Both the position numbers and the translations under genes were made by a program. From contig JAGGVU010000019.1 in the NCBI GenBank assembly GCA_021157845.1, forward strand, positions 2,410 to 66,409: 64,000 bases of DNA, read 5' to 3'. This document shows positions 1 through 11,528 of the stretch, piece by piece (position 1 is the stretch's first letter; each line of letters starts with the position of its first letter). Under the pieces are notes generated by a model. The model was given only the letters and a program-made list of their open reading frames with translations, was not told the origin of the DNA and did not search any database. Source of the stretch: Candidatus Aenigmatarchaeota archaeon. GTDB lineage: Archaea > Aenigmatarchaeota > Aenigmatarchaeia > GW2011-AR5 > JAGGXF01.

Positions 1-60
1 GGCATGTCATTAAAGGTCTTTTAAATAAATTTTATTTTCTGCCATATCTGATTAAAATTT

Positions 61-342
61 TTACTCTTTCTCAATTTCTGTCGGCATAGAAGTAGGTGTT
101 ATATGCTTCATTATCACTATGTCGCCTATTGATTCAATCATACCAAAAGGAATTACAACGCCCTTTTTATTTCCGACAATACTCTCCAGAAATGAATCTC
201 TGACAGCATCGACCACAAGTGAGCTTATTCTGAATTTCTCTAAGTCAAATATTAGGTCAGTTGATCTTCCGCAATATAGGCCCCTGGTTGTAAACACATC
301 CTTATCCATCATTTCTGATAATGCTTTTATAGTTATCGTCAT
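61..342 (-). CDS. PRC-barrel domain protein (small)
   Basis: 93 aa; RGLYCGRSTDLIFDLEKFRISSLVV resembles archaeal PRC-barrel proteins. Confidence 0.4.
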   Translation of the reverse strand: MTITIKALSEMMDKDVFTTRGLYCGRSTDLIFDLEKFRISSLVVDAVRDSFLESIVGNKKGVVIPFGMIESIGDIVIMKHITPTSMPTEIEKE

Positions 343-467
343 AATTTATCTCCTCCAATAATTATATTTTTTTTCTATATCCCCAACCTTTAAATTATCT
401 ATATTCTATTTTGTTAATAAACATTTAAATCTTTTTAATCACCTTTTTAATCATTAGTTAAAAGAAA

Positions 468-636
468 GCTGGGGTAGCGAAGATCTTCGGATCGCAATCT
501 GGTTTAACGCGCAGGCCTGCTAACTAACCTCTTATGCAGTAAGTCTGTGGCCTTTGTGGCCCCGTGGGTTCAAACCACCCTTTCCACTGACGTGCAAAGC
601 GTGGACGGAAAGGATGTGAAATTCCCACCCCCAGCG
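468..636 (+). tRNA. putative tRNA with multiple introns (isotype undetermined)
   Basis: Acceptor GCTGGGG / CCCCAGC. D-stem GCGA/TCGC. T-stem GTGGG / CCCAC with a ~46-nt insertion inside the T-loop (TTCAAA...ATT), the same architecture as two other tRNAs here. Anticodon arm not resolved. Confidence 0.3.
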
Positions 637-646
637 TATTTTAATC

Positions 647-719
647 GGGTCGGTGGTCTAGTGGTTATGACGCTGCCCTTACAAGGCAGAGATCGCAAGT
701 TCAATTCTTGCCCGACCCA
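647..719 (+). tRNA. tRNA-Val (anticodon TAC), intronless
   Basis: Canonical cloverleaf: GGGTCGG acceptor, anticodon loop CTTACAA, T-arm GCAAGTTCAATTCTTGC, discriminator A. Confidence 0.85.
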
Positions 720-787
720 TTCCAACCTTTAGAAAAGGTTAAACCAAAATAAACTTAAAAAAGTTTTATCAAAAATATGGTGGTAAA

Positions 788-1096
788 ATGGCCAGTATAG
801 AGGAAGACGCAAAAAAGCTGAATATTCGTGGAATATTTACAACAGCCATAGTTTCAGCATTTTCATTTATTGCGGCATTATTTTGGAGAGATGCCATATC
901 CTCCACAATAGATGTGATACTGCCAAGTGGTGAAGGACTATATTATAAATATCTTGCAGCCGTCTTGGCAACAATTATAGCAGGCGTTGCTATTTATTTC
1001 ATATATAAGGCAGAAAAGCTCAAAGAAGAAAAATTTTTAAAAAGGCTACAGAAAATTAAAACAAAAAGTTATGTGAAATTAAAAAAGCTCCGGTAG
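788..1096 (+). CDS. small membrane protein, hypothetical
   Basis: 102 aa; two hydrophobic helices and a K-rich C-terminus. Confidence 0.35.
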   Translation: MASIEEDAKKLNIRGIFTTAIVSAFSFIAALFWRDAISSTIDVILPSGEGLYYKYLAAVLATIIAGVAIYFIYKAEKLKEEKFLKRLQKIKTKSYVKLKKLR

Positions 1097-1250
1097 TCTA
1101 GTCCGGTCAAGGATATCGGCCTTTCGACCAACCTTTAGAAAAGGTTGGACCAAAAAAAAGAAAGCCGACGACACGGGTTCAAACGAACCTTTTTAGAAAA
1201 AAGCTTCAATGGAAAAATCTGAAAAGGCTCTGAAATTCCCGTCCGGAGCA
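1087..1250 (+). tRNA. tRNA-Glu (anticodon TTC) with two introns (canonical 37/38 and T-loop)
   Basis: Acceptor GCTCCGG / CCGGAGC+A. Anticodon stem TCGGC / GCCGA, loop CTTTCG|A interrupted by a ~36-nt hairpin intron. T-stem ACGGG / CCCGT with a 53-nt T-loop insertion. Confidence 0.5.
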
Positions 1251-1260
1251 TTTTTTAGGC

Positions 1261-1688
1261 ATGATGACACAGCATGGAAAACAACTCTTTCCAGAACCAG
1301 TAGTTGGTGTATTAATTTTCAATACAGATGATGAGCTATTTCTGACGAAATCTCAATAAGTGGAAAAATGTCATTCCAGGAGGGCATATAGAACTGGATG
1401 AAAAGATCAAAGATGCCATTAAACGGTAAATTAAAGAAGAGACAGGATTAGATATTTTTGGCATCGAATTTATTTGTTTTCAGTTCATATTTGATGATGC
1501 TTTCTGGAAAAAGAGGCATTTCATTTTTAGACTACGCATGTAAAACAAAACCTAAAGAAATAATTTTGAATTCTGAGGAACAAGAATTTATTTGGATTGA
1601 TCCTAAAGAGGCCCTGAACTTGCCAGTTGAGACATATACAAAGAAAGCCATCGAAAAGTTTATTAAAAAATTTCCAAATGGATTTTAG
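1261..1688 (+). pseudogene. NUDIX hydrolase, disrupted (frameshift plus in-frame stops)
   Basis: MMTQHGKQLFPEPVVGVLIFNTDDELFLTKS, then a stop and frameshift. NUDIX box reads GGHIELDEKIKDAIKR*IKEETGL with TAA inside the box. Intact C-terminal part is ORF 1458..1688. Confidence 0.55.
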
Positions 1689-1900
1689 TTAAATTATTTT
1701 AACCGATTTTTTATTAGATTTTGTGGGCTTGGCTCTAAAAATAGTTTTGACTTGAAATATTTTTTAAGCGCATAAGAAATTAGTCTTTTGTTGGGTTTAT
1801 AAATTTTTTAACGCAAGTCGACAATATTTGTTTTATTAAAATAACAATGTATTAGAATAACTATAACATATTTAAAATTCCTTAAGATATGTTTATTCAC

Positions 1901-2085
1901 GCGGGGATGGCCGAGTCTGGTCAAACCAGCTTTTAAAAAAGTTCGACCAAAAAATTTGGATCAAACCTTTTCAAAAGGGCTGTGTTACAGAAAAAGGTGC
2001 AAGGTTGAGGGCCTTGTCGGTTAGAGATTGGTGCTTTTGCGCCTTTCAGCAAATCCGTTCGTGAGTTCAAATCTCACTCCCCGCA
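1901..2085 (+). tRNA. tRNA-Leu (anticodon GAG) with introns
   Basis: Acceptor GCGGGGA / TCCCCGC+A. D-arm GCC GAGTCTGGTCAAA..GGC with a ~50-nt insert. Anticodon arm CAAGG TTGAGGG CCTTG. Long variable region. T-arm GTGAG TTCAAAT CTCAC. Confidence 0.5.
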
Positions 2086-2108
2086 TTAATAAAAATCGAG
2101 GTTAATTT

Positions 2109-3221
2109 ATGAGTATGCATTCATATAGCGATGACAACGAAGCAAATATCCTTAGCAGGACAGACAATTTTCCTATTCGTTATATTGGTCATATTCATAA
2201 CGGAAAGGTCAGATCTGTTTATTGGCTTTCTCATGAGGACAGCAAAAGAATTATTGACGAGTATAATTACGAAGATATTCATCCAGAATCAAATCTTGGG
2301 GTAATGATTATAAGTGATAGAATATCGGCCTTTAATGTTAACTGGGCTGGCGAGAATGGATATGGGGTTTCTGGTAAAGGGGCATCACTTAATGCCATAT
2401 CAGAATATTGGCTTGGTAAAATATCTGAGCAAGGAATTGCTGAGCATCATATTTTAGATACACCACATCCATTGGTTTGGATTGTGAAGAAGGCCCAACC
2501 AATTAAGATTGAGGCGATTGCAAGACAATATATAACTGGAAGTATGTGGAGAGCATATGAGAGAGGAGAAAGAACCTTCTGCGGCATTTCATTGCCAGAA
2601 GGTCTTGAGAAAAACCAGCGGCTGGACGAACTTTTAATCACGCCAACTACGAAAGGAGTTGTTAGGGAATTGGTGGGTGTTCCTGCAAAGGATGATACGC
2701 CAATTACAAGAAAACAGATTGAAAATAATTATTTTAGGTTGAATTTTTATTCTCCAGAAGATATTGACCATTATGAAACGATAGTCAGAGATGCATTTGG
2801 TTTGATGAATAAAGAACTCTTAGATAAGGAACAAATTCTTGCTGATACAAAGTTTGAGTTTGGATATGTCAGAAAAGAAGATGGGATAGAAATGATTTGT
2901 ATAGACGAAGTCGGGACCCCTGACTCCTCAAGAATGTGGGATAAAGAAAAATACGAGCGAGGAATAATAGAAGAGCGTTCAAAAGAATATTTCAGAAAAT
3001 TTTTGCTTAACAAATTTGGAAAAGATGTGACCAGAACGAAGGTGGCTAAAAAATTAGCAAAAAATTATAAAGTTCCATCAGATGTTTTTGCCGAAGTTTC
3101 GGAGATTTATAGAAAAATGGCAAAAGATATAACTGGAAAAAATATTCCGAATATAAAGAATGCAAGACAAGAAGTGATTGATTCTCTTAAACCTTATGGA
3201 ATTATCAAGAATTTTCAATAA
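2109..3221 (+). CDS. purC: phosphoribosylaminoimidazole-succinocarboxamide (SAICAR) synthase
   Basis: 370 aa; KVRSVYW..., MIISDRISAFN, LADTKFEFGY match the PurC family. Confidence 0.75.
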   Translation: MSMHSYSDDNEANILSRTDNFPIRYIGHIHNGKVRSVYWLSHEDSKRIIDEYNYEDIHPESNLGVMIISDRISAFNVNWAGENGYGVSGKGASLNAISEYWLGKISEQGIAEHHILDTPHPLVWIVKKAQPIKIEAIARQYITGSMWRAYERGERTFCGISLPEGLEKNQRLDELLITPTTKGVVRELVGVPAKDDTPITRKQIENNYFRLNFYSPEDIDHYETIVRDAFGLMNKELLDKEQILADTKFEFGYVRKEDGIEMICIDEVGTPDSSRMWDKEKYERGIIEERSKEYFRKFLLNKFGKDVTRTKVAKKLAKNYKVPSDVFAEVSEIYRKMAKDITGKNIPNIKNARQEVIDSLKPYGIIKNFQ

Positions 3222-3277
3222 ATTACTGCAAATATAATTATATCAGAGGATTGAAATTTATTATATAGAAAAGTTAG

Positions 3278-3562
3278 TTATCTAAATTTATCTAAATAAT
3301 TATTGAGTTTCTCTATTCCATTTCCAAAATTCTTTCTATAACAATCTTGACGTCTTAAATTTAATTTCTTTTCTAAATCTCCAACATCGATTTTACCTTC
3401 GATAAAGCTATTTATTGCATTTGTTTTTTCTTTGGGATATTTTCTAATTTCTGCAGCTTTGTGCATCCCTTTTTGAAGTTCTTCATTTAATTCTTTATAT
3501 TTCTTTTCGGCTTCCTTTGATAACATAAATATATTTAAAATCAGCGAAGCTGATTTTAACAT
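3278..3562 (-). CDS. hypothetical protein
   Basis: 94-aa ORF, K/E-rich, no recognisable motif. Confidence 0.25.
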   Translation of the reverse strand: MLKSASLILNIFMLSKEAEKKYKELNEELQKGMHKAAEIRKYPKEKTNAINSFIEGKIDVGDLEKKLNLRRQDCYRKNFGNGIEKLNNYLDKFR

Positions 3563-3681
3563 ATCAAAATCGAATTTATAAATATCGTAAATTTAATTCG
3601 ATTTAAATATATTAATCCCACGAAGTATTTAAATTATTTTTACTGTTATTTAATATTAATGTAAATTTTTGACGTGATTAT

Positions 3682-3951
3682 ATGGCTAGGGTAAGTGTGT
3701 TTATTTACGGTCGAGTTCAGGGTGTTTTTTATAGAGATTTTGTACAGAAGAATGCAAATCGTTTGGGTTTGACCGGATGGGTAAAGAATCTTGCAGATGG
3801 CCGCGTTGAGGCAGAGCTAGAAGGAGATAAAGAGGTGATAGAGAAAATGCTTATGTTGATGAGACAAGGCCCAGCAGCCGCGAGAGTTGACAGTCTAGAA
3901 ACAACTTGGATAAAAGAAAAAGGAGATGACGCATTTAAGATAATCTATTAA
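3682..3951 (+). CDS. acyP: acylphosphatase
   Basis: 89 aa; YGRVQGVFYRDF and GWVKNLADGRVEA are acylphosphatase signatures. Confidence 0.85.
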   Translation: MARVSVFIYGRVQGVFYRDFVQKNANRLGLTGWVKNLADGRVEAELEGDKEVIEKMLMLMRQGPAAARVDSLETTWIKEKGDDAFKIIY

Positions 3952-3985
3952 GTTTAAATGTTTTATTATTTATTTTTAGTTTATG

Positions 3986-4207
3986 GCCGCGATGGTGTAG
4001 CTAAGTCCCTTTTCGTAAAGAAACAAGTGGTTCTTACAAAGAGGGGCTCTACAATGGTTAGCACAAAGGACTGTGGCAATCCTTTTTGACTTCGCCAGAC
4101 AAAAGAAAGGGTTGCAGACATCCTTTAGGCTGGGTTCAAACGAACCTTTTTAGAAAAAAGCTTCAATGGAAAAATCTGAAAAGGCTCTGAAATTCCCAGT
4201 CGCGGCC
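3986..4207 (+). tRNA. tRNA with multiple introns (isotype undetermined)
   Basis: Acceptor GCCGCGA / TCGCGGC+C. T-stem CTGGG / CCCAG with a 53-nt T-loop insertion identical to the one in tRNA-Glu. 222 nt total implies further introns. Confidence 0.4.
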
Positions 4208-6102
4208 TTTCTTTCTGAACAACGTTTAATACTATCAATTTTTTTCAAATTAAATATAGTCAGCTTGTGTATGGCTATCAAAATAACCTATTAAATTTTT
4301 GGGTAGCCAAACGAAAACTATTTAAGCATTGCCTTCCAAATAAACCATGCTACACTTTGGCGTTTGTTAAGATTTAAGCAGCTTTTGCTTAAAGATGAAG
4401 AACAGTTACCTTTTGTAGTAGAAGTTATGAAGATCTGAATTTATATTTAGGTCAGATATAGTCAAGTAGGTGTTTAACAATATCCGTTAGTAGAACTTCG
4501 TCAATTCCGGTTGATCCCGCCGGAGGTTACTGCTATCAGGATTCGATTAACCCATGCAAGGTTTTGAGATTGACATTCTGTCAAGATCAAACCGAACTGC
4601 TCAGTAACACGTAGTTAATCTGCCCTTAGGTCAGATATAACCTCGGGAAACTGAGGATAATATCTGATAGGAAAAAGATACTGGAAGGTTCTTTTTCTGA
4701 AAGCTTCGGCGCCTAAGGATGAGACTGCGGCGGATTAGCTTGTTGTTGGGGTAAAAGCCCAACAAGGCTATAATCCGTACGGGTCGTGAGAGCGATAGCC
4801 CGGAGATGGATTCTGAGATTTGAAATGAGCGGAATTAATTTATCCGTTCTTCAAACAGAAAACATGAATCCAGGCTCTACGGAGCGCAGCAGGGGCGAAA
4901 CCTTCACAATGCCTGAAAGGGTGATGAGGGAATCCTGAGTGATTTGGCACTGCCAAGTCTTTTGTCTACTCTAAAAAGGTAGACGAATAAGTGGTGGGTA
5001 AGACGGTTGCCAGCCGCCGCGGTAATTCGAATAAACGTAGTGCGTATTCGAACCGCAAATAACCGCGCCACGAGTGGTAATCTCGTTTATTGGGCCTAAA
5101 GCGTTCGTAGCTGGTTTGTTAAGTTTCTGATGAAATCTACTAGTAAACTAGTAGGCTCGTCGGAGATACTAACAAACTAGGGACCGGGAGACGTCGAGGG
5201 TACTCTTGGGGTAGGGGTAAAATCCTTTAATCCTAAGAGGACCACCTGTGGCGTAAATTTTTGGATTAGCCAAAAATTTCCAAACAAGGCGCTCGACGAG
5301 AACGGGTCCGACAGTGAGGGACGAAAGCTAGGGGAGCGACTGGGATTAGATACCCCATTAGTCCTAGCTGTAAACGATGCCCGCTTGGTGTTGCATATCT
5401 CTTGTGGATATGCAGTGCCGGAGCGAAGGTGTTAAGCGGGCCGCCTGGGGAGAGAAAGGTCGCAGCATTTAGTTTAAGAAAAAAATAAATTAAGTCGCGT
5501 GGCCTTTCCCCAAATACGGCCGCAAGGCTGAAACTTAAGGGAATTGGCGGGGGAGCACTACAAGGGGTGGAGGCTGCGGTTTAATTGGATTCAACGCCGG
5601 GAACCTTACCAGAAAAGACAGCAGTATGATGGTCAGTCTGAAGGGCTTACCTGACACGCTGAGAGGTGTTGCATGGCCGTCGTCAGCTCGTGCCGTGAGG
5701 TGTCCTGTTAAACCTTTAGAGCCCAAACTCTAGAGGTACAGATAGTCAGGAAACGAGCGAGACCTGTGTCACTATTTGCTATTACTCTGTCCGCAGAGTA
5801 AGCACTTTAGTGAGACTGCTTCTGCTAAAGAAGAGGAAGGTACAGGCAACGGCAGGTCTGTATGGCCCGAATTTTCTGGGTTACACGCGGCCTACAATGC
5901 GTAGAACAACGGGATGCAACCCTGAAATCATTTGTGCTTTTGCACATATGTCAGTTAGGGAAGCTAAACCCTTAAATCTACGCCTAGTTCGGATCGAGGG
6001 CTGCAACTTGCCCTCGTGAAGCTGGAATCCCTAGTAAGCAGAAGTCATCAAACAATACTTCAGAAGCACTGATGCTTTGGAAGATTGTGTGGAGTCTTTT
6101 GC

Positions 6103-6140
<38 letters not shown>

Positions 6141-6232
6141 GCCATCTGAGTGGAGCTTTGGTGAGGCTTGTTCTAAAGTTGATTTTCAACTAATTGTACA
6201 AGTCGAACCAGAGCCCTACAAGGAGGGCTAAC

Positions 6233-7096
<864 letters not shown>

Positions 7097-7188
7097 AATT
7101 TCTAACATCAAACGCCAAAGGTTCGACGTTAGAAATAGTGTGCCTGCTTACGGATTGTTAAAAAATACCTACTTGGCTGTATCTTAAA

Positions 7189-7332
7189 GGGCCGGTAGAT
7201 CAATGGAATGTCCTTTCCGCTTCGCGGAAATGCGTTAAAGATCGCTACCCTTGCACTGCATTAAAACAATTATAAGGTTTGGACTGTCTACAGGTTAGGT
7301 AGAGGTTGTGGGTTCAAGTCCCATCCGGTCCA
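7189..7332 (+). tRNA. tRNA-Ala (anticodon TGC) in the 16S-23S spacer, with introns
   Basis: Acceptor GGGCCGG / CCGGTCC with the G3:U70 alanine identity pair. Anticodon loop CTTGCA. T-arm GTGGGTTCAAGTCCCAT. 144 nt, so intron(s) in the D-loop and after position 37. Confidence 0.6.
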
Positions 7333-9545
7333 TATGCAGCCTGCCAGCGCAGCTGGTGGGTGAAGTGTTAGATAATGCTTATAGCATTATCAATGAAACA
7401 ATCATAGGTTCAGTTGGAAAGATAGTTAGCTTCCTATATCATCTGGTGGATAACTTGGCTTAGCAACTGATGAAGGTCCTGGCAAGCTGGGATATGTCTA
7501 GGCGAGGCGCATGCAGCCTTAGAACCTAGAATTGCCGAATAGGACATCCTACCCTTTTGGGTACTCACATACGTGAGAAGCAACGCAGGGGATTGAAACA
7601 TCTTAGTACCTGCAGGAAAAGAAAGAAAAAAAATAGATATATGTAGATTTTATCTATATATATCTGACTCGATGCTGTTAGTAAGGGCGACCGAAAGCAG
7701 CACAGAACAAACCGAATCCTTTTTGGAAACAAAAAGGAGATGTGGGGTTGTAGGACCTGCTTCAGCCTAACTAACAAAGTCGAAATCTTTTGGAATAAAG
7801 TGCCAAAGAGGGTGAAAGCCCCGTAGACGTACGTTAGAAGGCCGATATGCAGAGTTCCTGAGTATGGCTGGCTGGATTGCCAGTCAAAATCTGGGAGTCA
7901 TCTACTCCCAATTCTAAATATTTGCTAAGTCCGATAGTGCACTAGTACCGTGAGGGAAAGTTGAAAAGCATCCGTAAAAGGAGTTGAAAAGAGCTTGAAA
8001 CCAGATGGTTACAGTTAGATGGATAGCTTCTGCTTATGCAGAGGTGAACCATCGTCCGTTTTGAAAAACGGGGCAGGGAGTTCATCTTTGTGGCAAGGCG
8101 AAAGCCATAGCGAAAGCGATTGTTCGTAGCTTGCGAAGAACACCGTATGAAAGTGCGGCTAGTCACAAGGATGAGACCAGAAACCAGATGATCTATTCCT
8201 GGGCAGGATGAAATCTTGGGAAACCAAGATGAAAGTCCGCAACCGTTGATGTCGCATACTCTCGGGTGACCTGGGAATAGGGGTGAAATTCGAAGATTAA
8301 ATATCATTTGTAGTTGATAGTCTTCGAACACCAAAAGCCAATCGAATCTGGTGATAGCTGGTTCCTTCCGAAATGTACCTTAGTACAGCCTGCTCTCTAT
8401 AGTCAATGGGGTAGAGTTACTGATTAGATAACCAAGGGAAGAGATTCCCAGTTATCTTGTCAAACTCCGAATCTATTGACATAATAGGAGCAGAGTGAGT
8501 GTATCGGAGTAATTTTGATACACAAGAGGGAAACAACCCAGACTAAAGTTAAGGTCCCTAAATATTGGTTAAGTGTTTTGAAGGTTGTTTTGAACTTAAG
8601 ACAGCGGGGAGGTTGGCTTAGAAGCAGCCATCCTTTAAACAACGCGTAATAGCGGACCCGTCAAAGTTCAAAGCGCTGAAAATAGGCAAATAAACAAAGT
8701 TTATTTGTAATTTTGCCTATCAGCAAAATAGGCGGGGCTAAACCAATTACCGATACTTTAGAAATGTTGTTTAACAACATTTGGTAGGAAGGCGTCCTGT
8801 AAGGGTAGAAGCTATTCTGTAAAGAATAGCGGACCTTATAGGAATGATAATCCTGTCGGGAGTAGCAAGAAGCTGGATTAAAATTCCAGTCGCTGAGAGA
8901 GCAAGGGTTCCCCAGTAAAGTTTATCTGCTGGGGGTTAGTCGGTCCTAAGGCCTTGCTTAACTGACAAGGTCGAAAGGGAAATCGGTTAATATTCCGATA
9001 CTGCTTACCATTTGCTATCCCTTCTTTTAAGTTTTTGGATATTCTGACTGCAGTCATCGCTGTAGCTAACTGTTGAAGCTGGGGGAGTGTTGTAATGACG
9101 AGAACCCAGTGAATGCAGGAATGGGGCGCTGTATAGTGCCTTCAGAAAAGTCCAAGAACCGATGAAAATATAGAAGGTAGAATGATAAGCATCCGTACCG
9201 AGAACCAATACAGGTGCTCTCGCTGAAACTTGAAGGAGCAACCTAATTTTGTTTCTCTTCAAGCAGCAAAAGGCGATGGCGTTCGGGATAATCTAGTTTA
9301 GGGAATTCGGCAAATTGGTCCTGTATCTTTGGTAGAAGGGATGCCTGACTAGAGGTAGTCAGGTCGCAGTGACAAGGAAAACCCGACTGTTTAATAAAAA
9401 CATAGTTGGCTGCTAAATCGAAAGGTTTTGTATAGCCAATGAGTCGTGGCCACTGGCGGTGTGTGATATCTGGTTTCAACCAGAAGAAGCCCCGCTGTAG
9501 GCCGGCCCTAACTCTGAGGGTCTTAAGGTGAAAATTGCCTTAATA

Positions 9546-10306
9546 AAATTTGGCTGTATGCTGAGACATCCAGTTAAGTTCTAGGTCCTGAGTAAGGAAC
9601 AATCCTAGAAATATGGACAATCAGCAGGAAACCGCGAGAGGTGATTTCTATGATAAAAAACAAATACCTTAACTGGTATTTAGTTGGCTTCACAGATGCA
9701 GAAGGTTGTTTTTCAATTTCATTAAAAAGAGAAAAAACAACTAAATTTGGATGGGCATTGGATCCAGTATTCCAAATAACACAGCATAAATCAAATGAAA
9801 AAGTTTTACATTTTTTCAAAAGACAACTGCATTGTGGAAGAATAATAGAAAAATCAGGACAACCAAATATTTTAGTTTATTTGGTTGATAATAGAAGACA
9901 ACTCGTAGAAAAAGTAATACCATTTTTCAAAAGATATAAACTGATTTTGAAAAACAACGATTTTCAGAAATTTACTGAAATTATAACAGACTTGGAAAAT
10001 AAACTGCATTCAAATAAAAAAACATTTATAGAATTAATAAAAAAATGTTTTGAAATGAATTTGAATGGTAAGCAAAGAAAATATGAGCTTGAATTTGTTT
10101 TGAAAAATCTAAAAAAATGAGCGGGATCCCCAGAGACTATACGCCAAACACAAAAATAGAACGGAGAGTATCCTTATTTTTGTGAAGAGATAGTCCGAAC
10201 CTTATGGAGACATAAGGAAACTTGTAGAAATACAAGTTCGCCTTATAGACAAAACATGCTTTGCATGTCAGTCTGTAAAGGTCATAAAGTAACAGATTGA
10301 GCGTAA
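9546..10306 (+). mobile_element. 23S rRNA intron 1 (about E. coli 1915-1930 region) with LAGLIDADG ORF
   Basis: Exon ...GGTGAAAATTGCCTT is interrupted and resumes at CCCTTGCCGGTTAAATGTTGGCCTGCA. Boundaries approximate. Confidence 0.5.
9641..10120 (+). CDS. LAGLIDADG homing endonuclease (single-motif)
   Basis: 159 aa; LVGFTDAEGCF motif. Confidence 0.7.
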   Translation: MISMIKNKYLNWYLVGFTDAEGCFSISLKREKTTKFGWALDPVFQITQHKSNEKVLHFFKRQLHCGRIIEKSGQPNILVYLVDNRRQLVEKVIPFFKRYKLILKNNDFQKFTEIITDLENKLHSNKKTFIELIKKCFEMNLNGKQRKYELEFVLKNLKK

Positions 10307-10804
10307 TCCCTTGCCGGTTAAATGTTGGCCTGCATGATAGATTAACGAGGTTTTCACTGTCCCAAACTAGACCCCGGCGAAACTATCTTTCTGGTGATTA
10401 GACCAGAGACCCCTAATGGGAAGAGTAGACCCCATGGAGCTTTACTGCAGTCTGTTGTTGTTGTATAATTATAATTGTATAGAGTAGGTAGGAGACGTCG
10501 ATATTAGGTCGTTAGATCTAATGGAGTCGCAATGTGTAACACTACCCTTTTATAACTATACAACTAACCTTCGGGGACATCAGCAGATGGGCAGTTTGAC
10601 TGGGGCGGTACGCCTCTGAAAGGATATCAGAGGTGCTCAAAGGTCGGCTCATCAGGGTCAGAAATCCTGAGTAGAGTGTAAAGGCAAAAGCCGGCTTGAT
10701 TGGATTTTGAACATCAAAAAATCCAAAGGCGAAAGCCTGACTTAGCGATACGCATGTTATCCTAGATGGATGCATGTGACATCAGAAAAGCTACCCTGGG
10801 GATA

Positions 10805-11528
10805 GTTTGTAGGTGGTTCTCAGTCGTTCAGCAAGCATATTCTAATTTTCGATCTCAAATACGAAAATTAGATAAGCTTACTTCACCTTAAATAAATCAT
10901 GAAAATTGAAAATTTTCAGTTAAACGCAAGAAATTTAACTAGTAACTATTTTTATGGATTTTTAGTTGGTGCTAGCGAAGACGGAACAGTTTATCAAAGA
11001 AAGAAGAAAAATGAATATATGGTAGAAATCGAGCAAAAATCTAAGTATTGGCTTGAATTTGTTCAGGAAATTATTTTGAGATTTTACAAAAAATCAGTGA
11101 AAATAAGAAAAACTTCAAAAGGATTTTACAGAATAAGAATTTATTCCAAGAAATTTTTCAATCAAATAAAAAAACACAGAATAAATTCCTCATGGATACT
11201 TAGAAAATCCAAAGAATTTCAACTAGGATTTCTTCAAGGAGTATATGATGCAGAAGGAAGTATTAAAAAATCCAGAAATCACATAACAATCAGTTCAAAT
11301 AGAAAAGATTTAATTAGAATATTACAGATTTTATTAACAAATCTTAATTTTAGACTAGGGAAAACTTGGAAAGATTATAATGGTGTTATTACTTTGCCAT
11401 TTTATGGTAAAGATAATCTGAAAAGATTTCAAGAATTAATAAATTTTAGACATCCGAAAAAGAAGGAAAGGCTTGCTGAGCTTCTGAACGATAATTACTT
11501 ACAGACCCCTAAAATGGTGTCGTAGCGG
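10805..11528 (+). mobile_element. 23S rRNA intron 2 (after CCCTGGGGATA, domain V) with LAGLIDADG ORF
   Basis: Conserved AAGCTACCCTGGGGATA is followed by non-rRNA sequence and the ORF. rRNA resumes near GAGAGTTCATATCGAC. Boundaries approximate. Confidence 0.5.
10899..11525 (+). CDS. LAGLIDADG homing endonuclease (double-motif)
   Basis: 208 aa; YGFLVGASEDGTV and LGFLQGVYDAEGSI motifs. Confidence 0.7.
   Translation: MKIENFQLNARNLTSNYFYGFLVGASEDGTVYQRKKKNEYMVEIEQKSKYWLEFVQEIILRFYKKSVKIRKTSKGFYRIRIYSKKFFNQIKKHRINSSWILRKSKEFQLGFLQGVYDAEGSIKKSRNHITISSNRKDLIRILQILLTNLNFRLGKTWKDYNGVITLPFYGKDNLKRFQELINFRHPKKKERLAELLNDNYLQTPKMVS

Noticed and set aside
547-732. ORF 547-732 (+), 61 aa
   Set aside because: Overlaps tRNA-Val and the adjacent tRNA-like element; not coding.
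5535-6019. ORFs 5535-5726 (-) and 5810-6019 (+)
   Set aside because: Inside 16S rRNA; not coding.
7565-10775. Minus-strand ORFs of 60-130 aa (7565-7777, 7942-8334, 8460-8642, 9005-9262, 9243-9479, 9574-9819, 10542-10775)
   Set aside because: They lie antisense within 23S rRNA and its introns; spurious ORFs in structured RNA.
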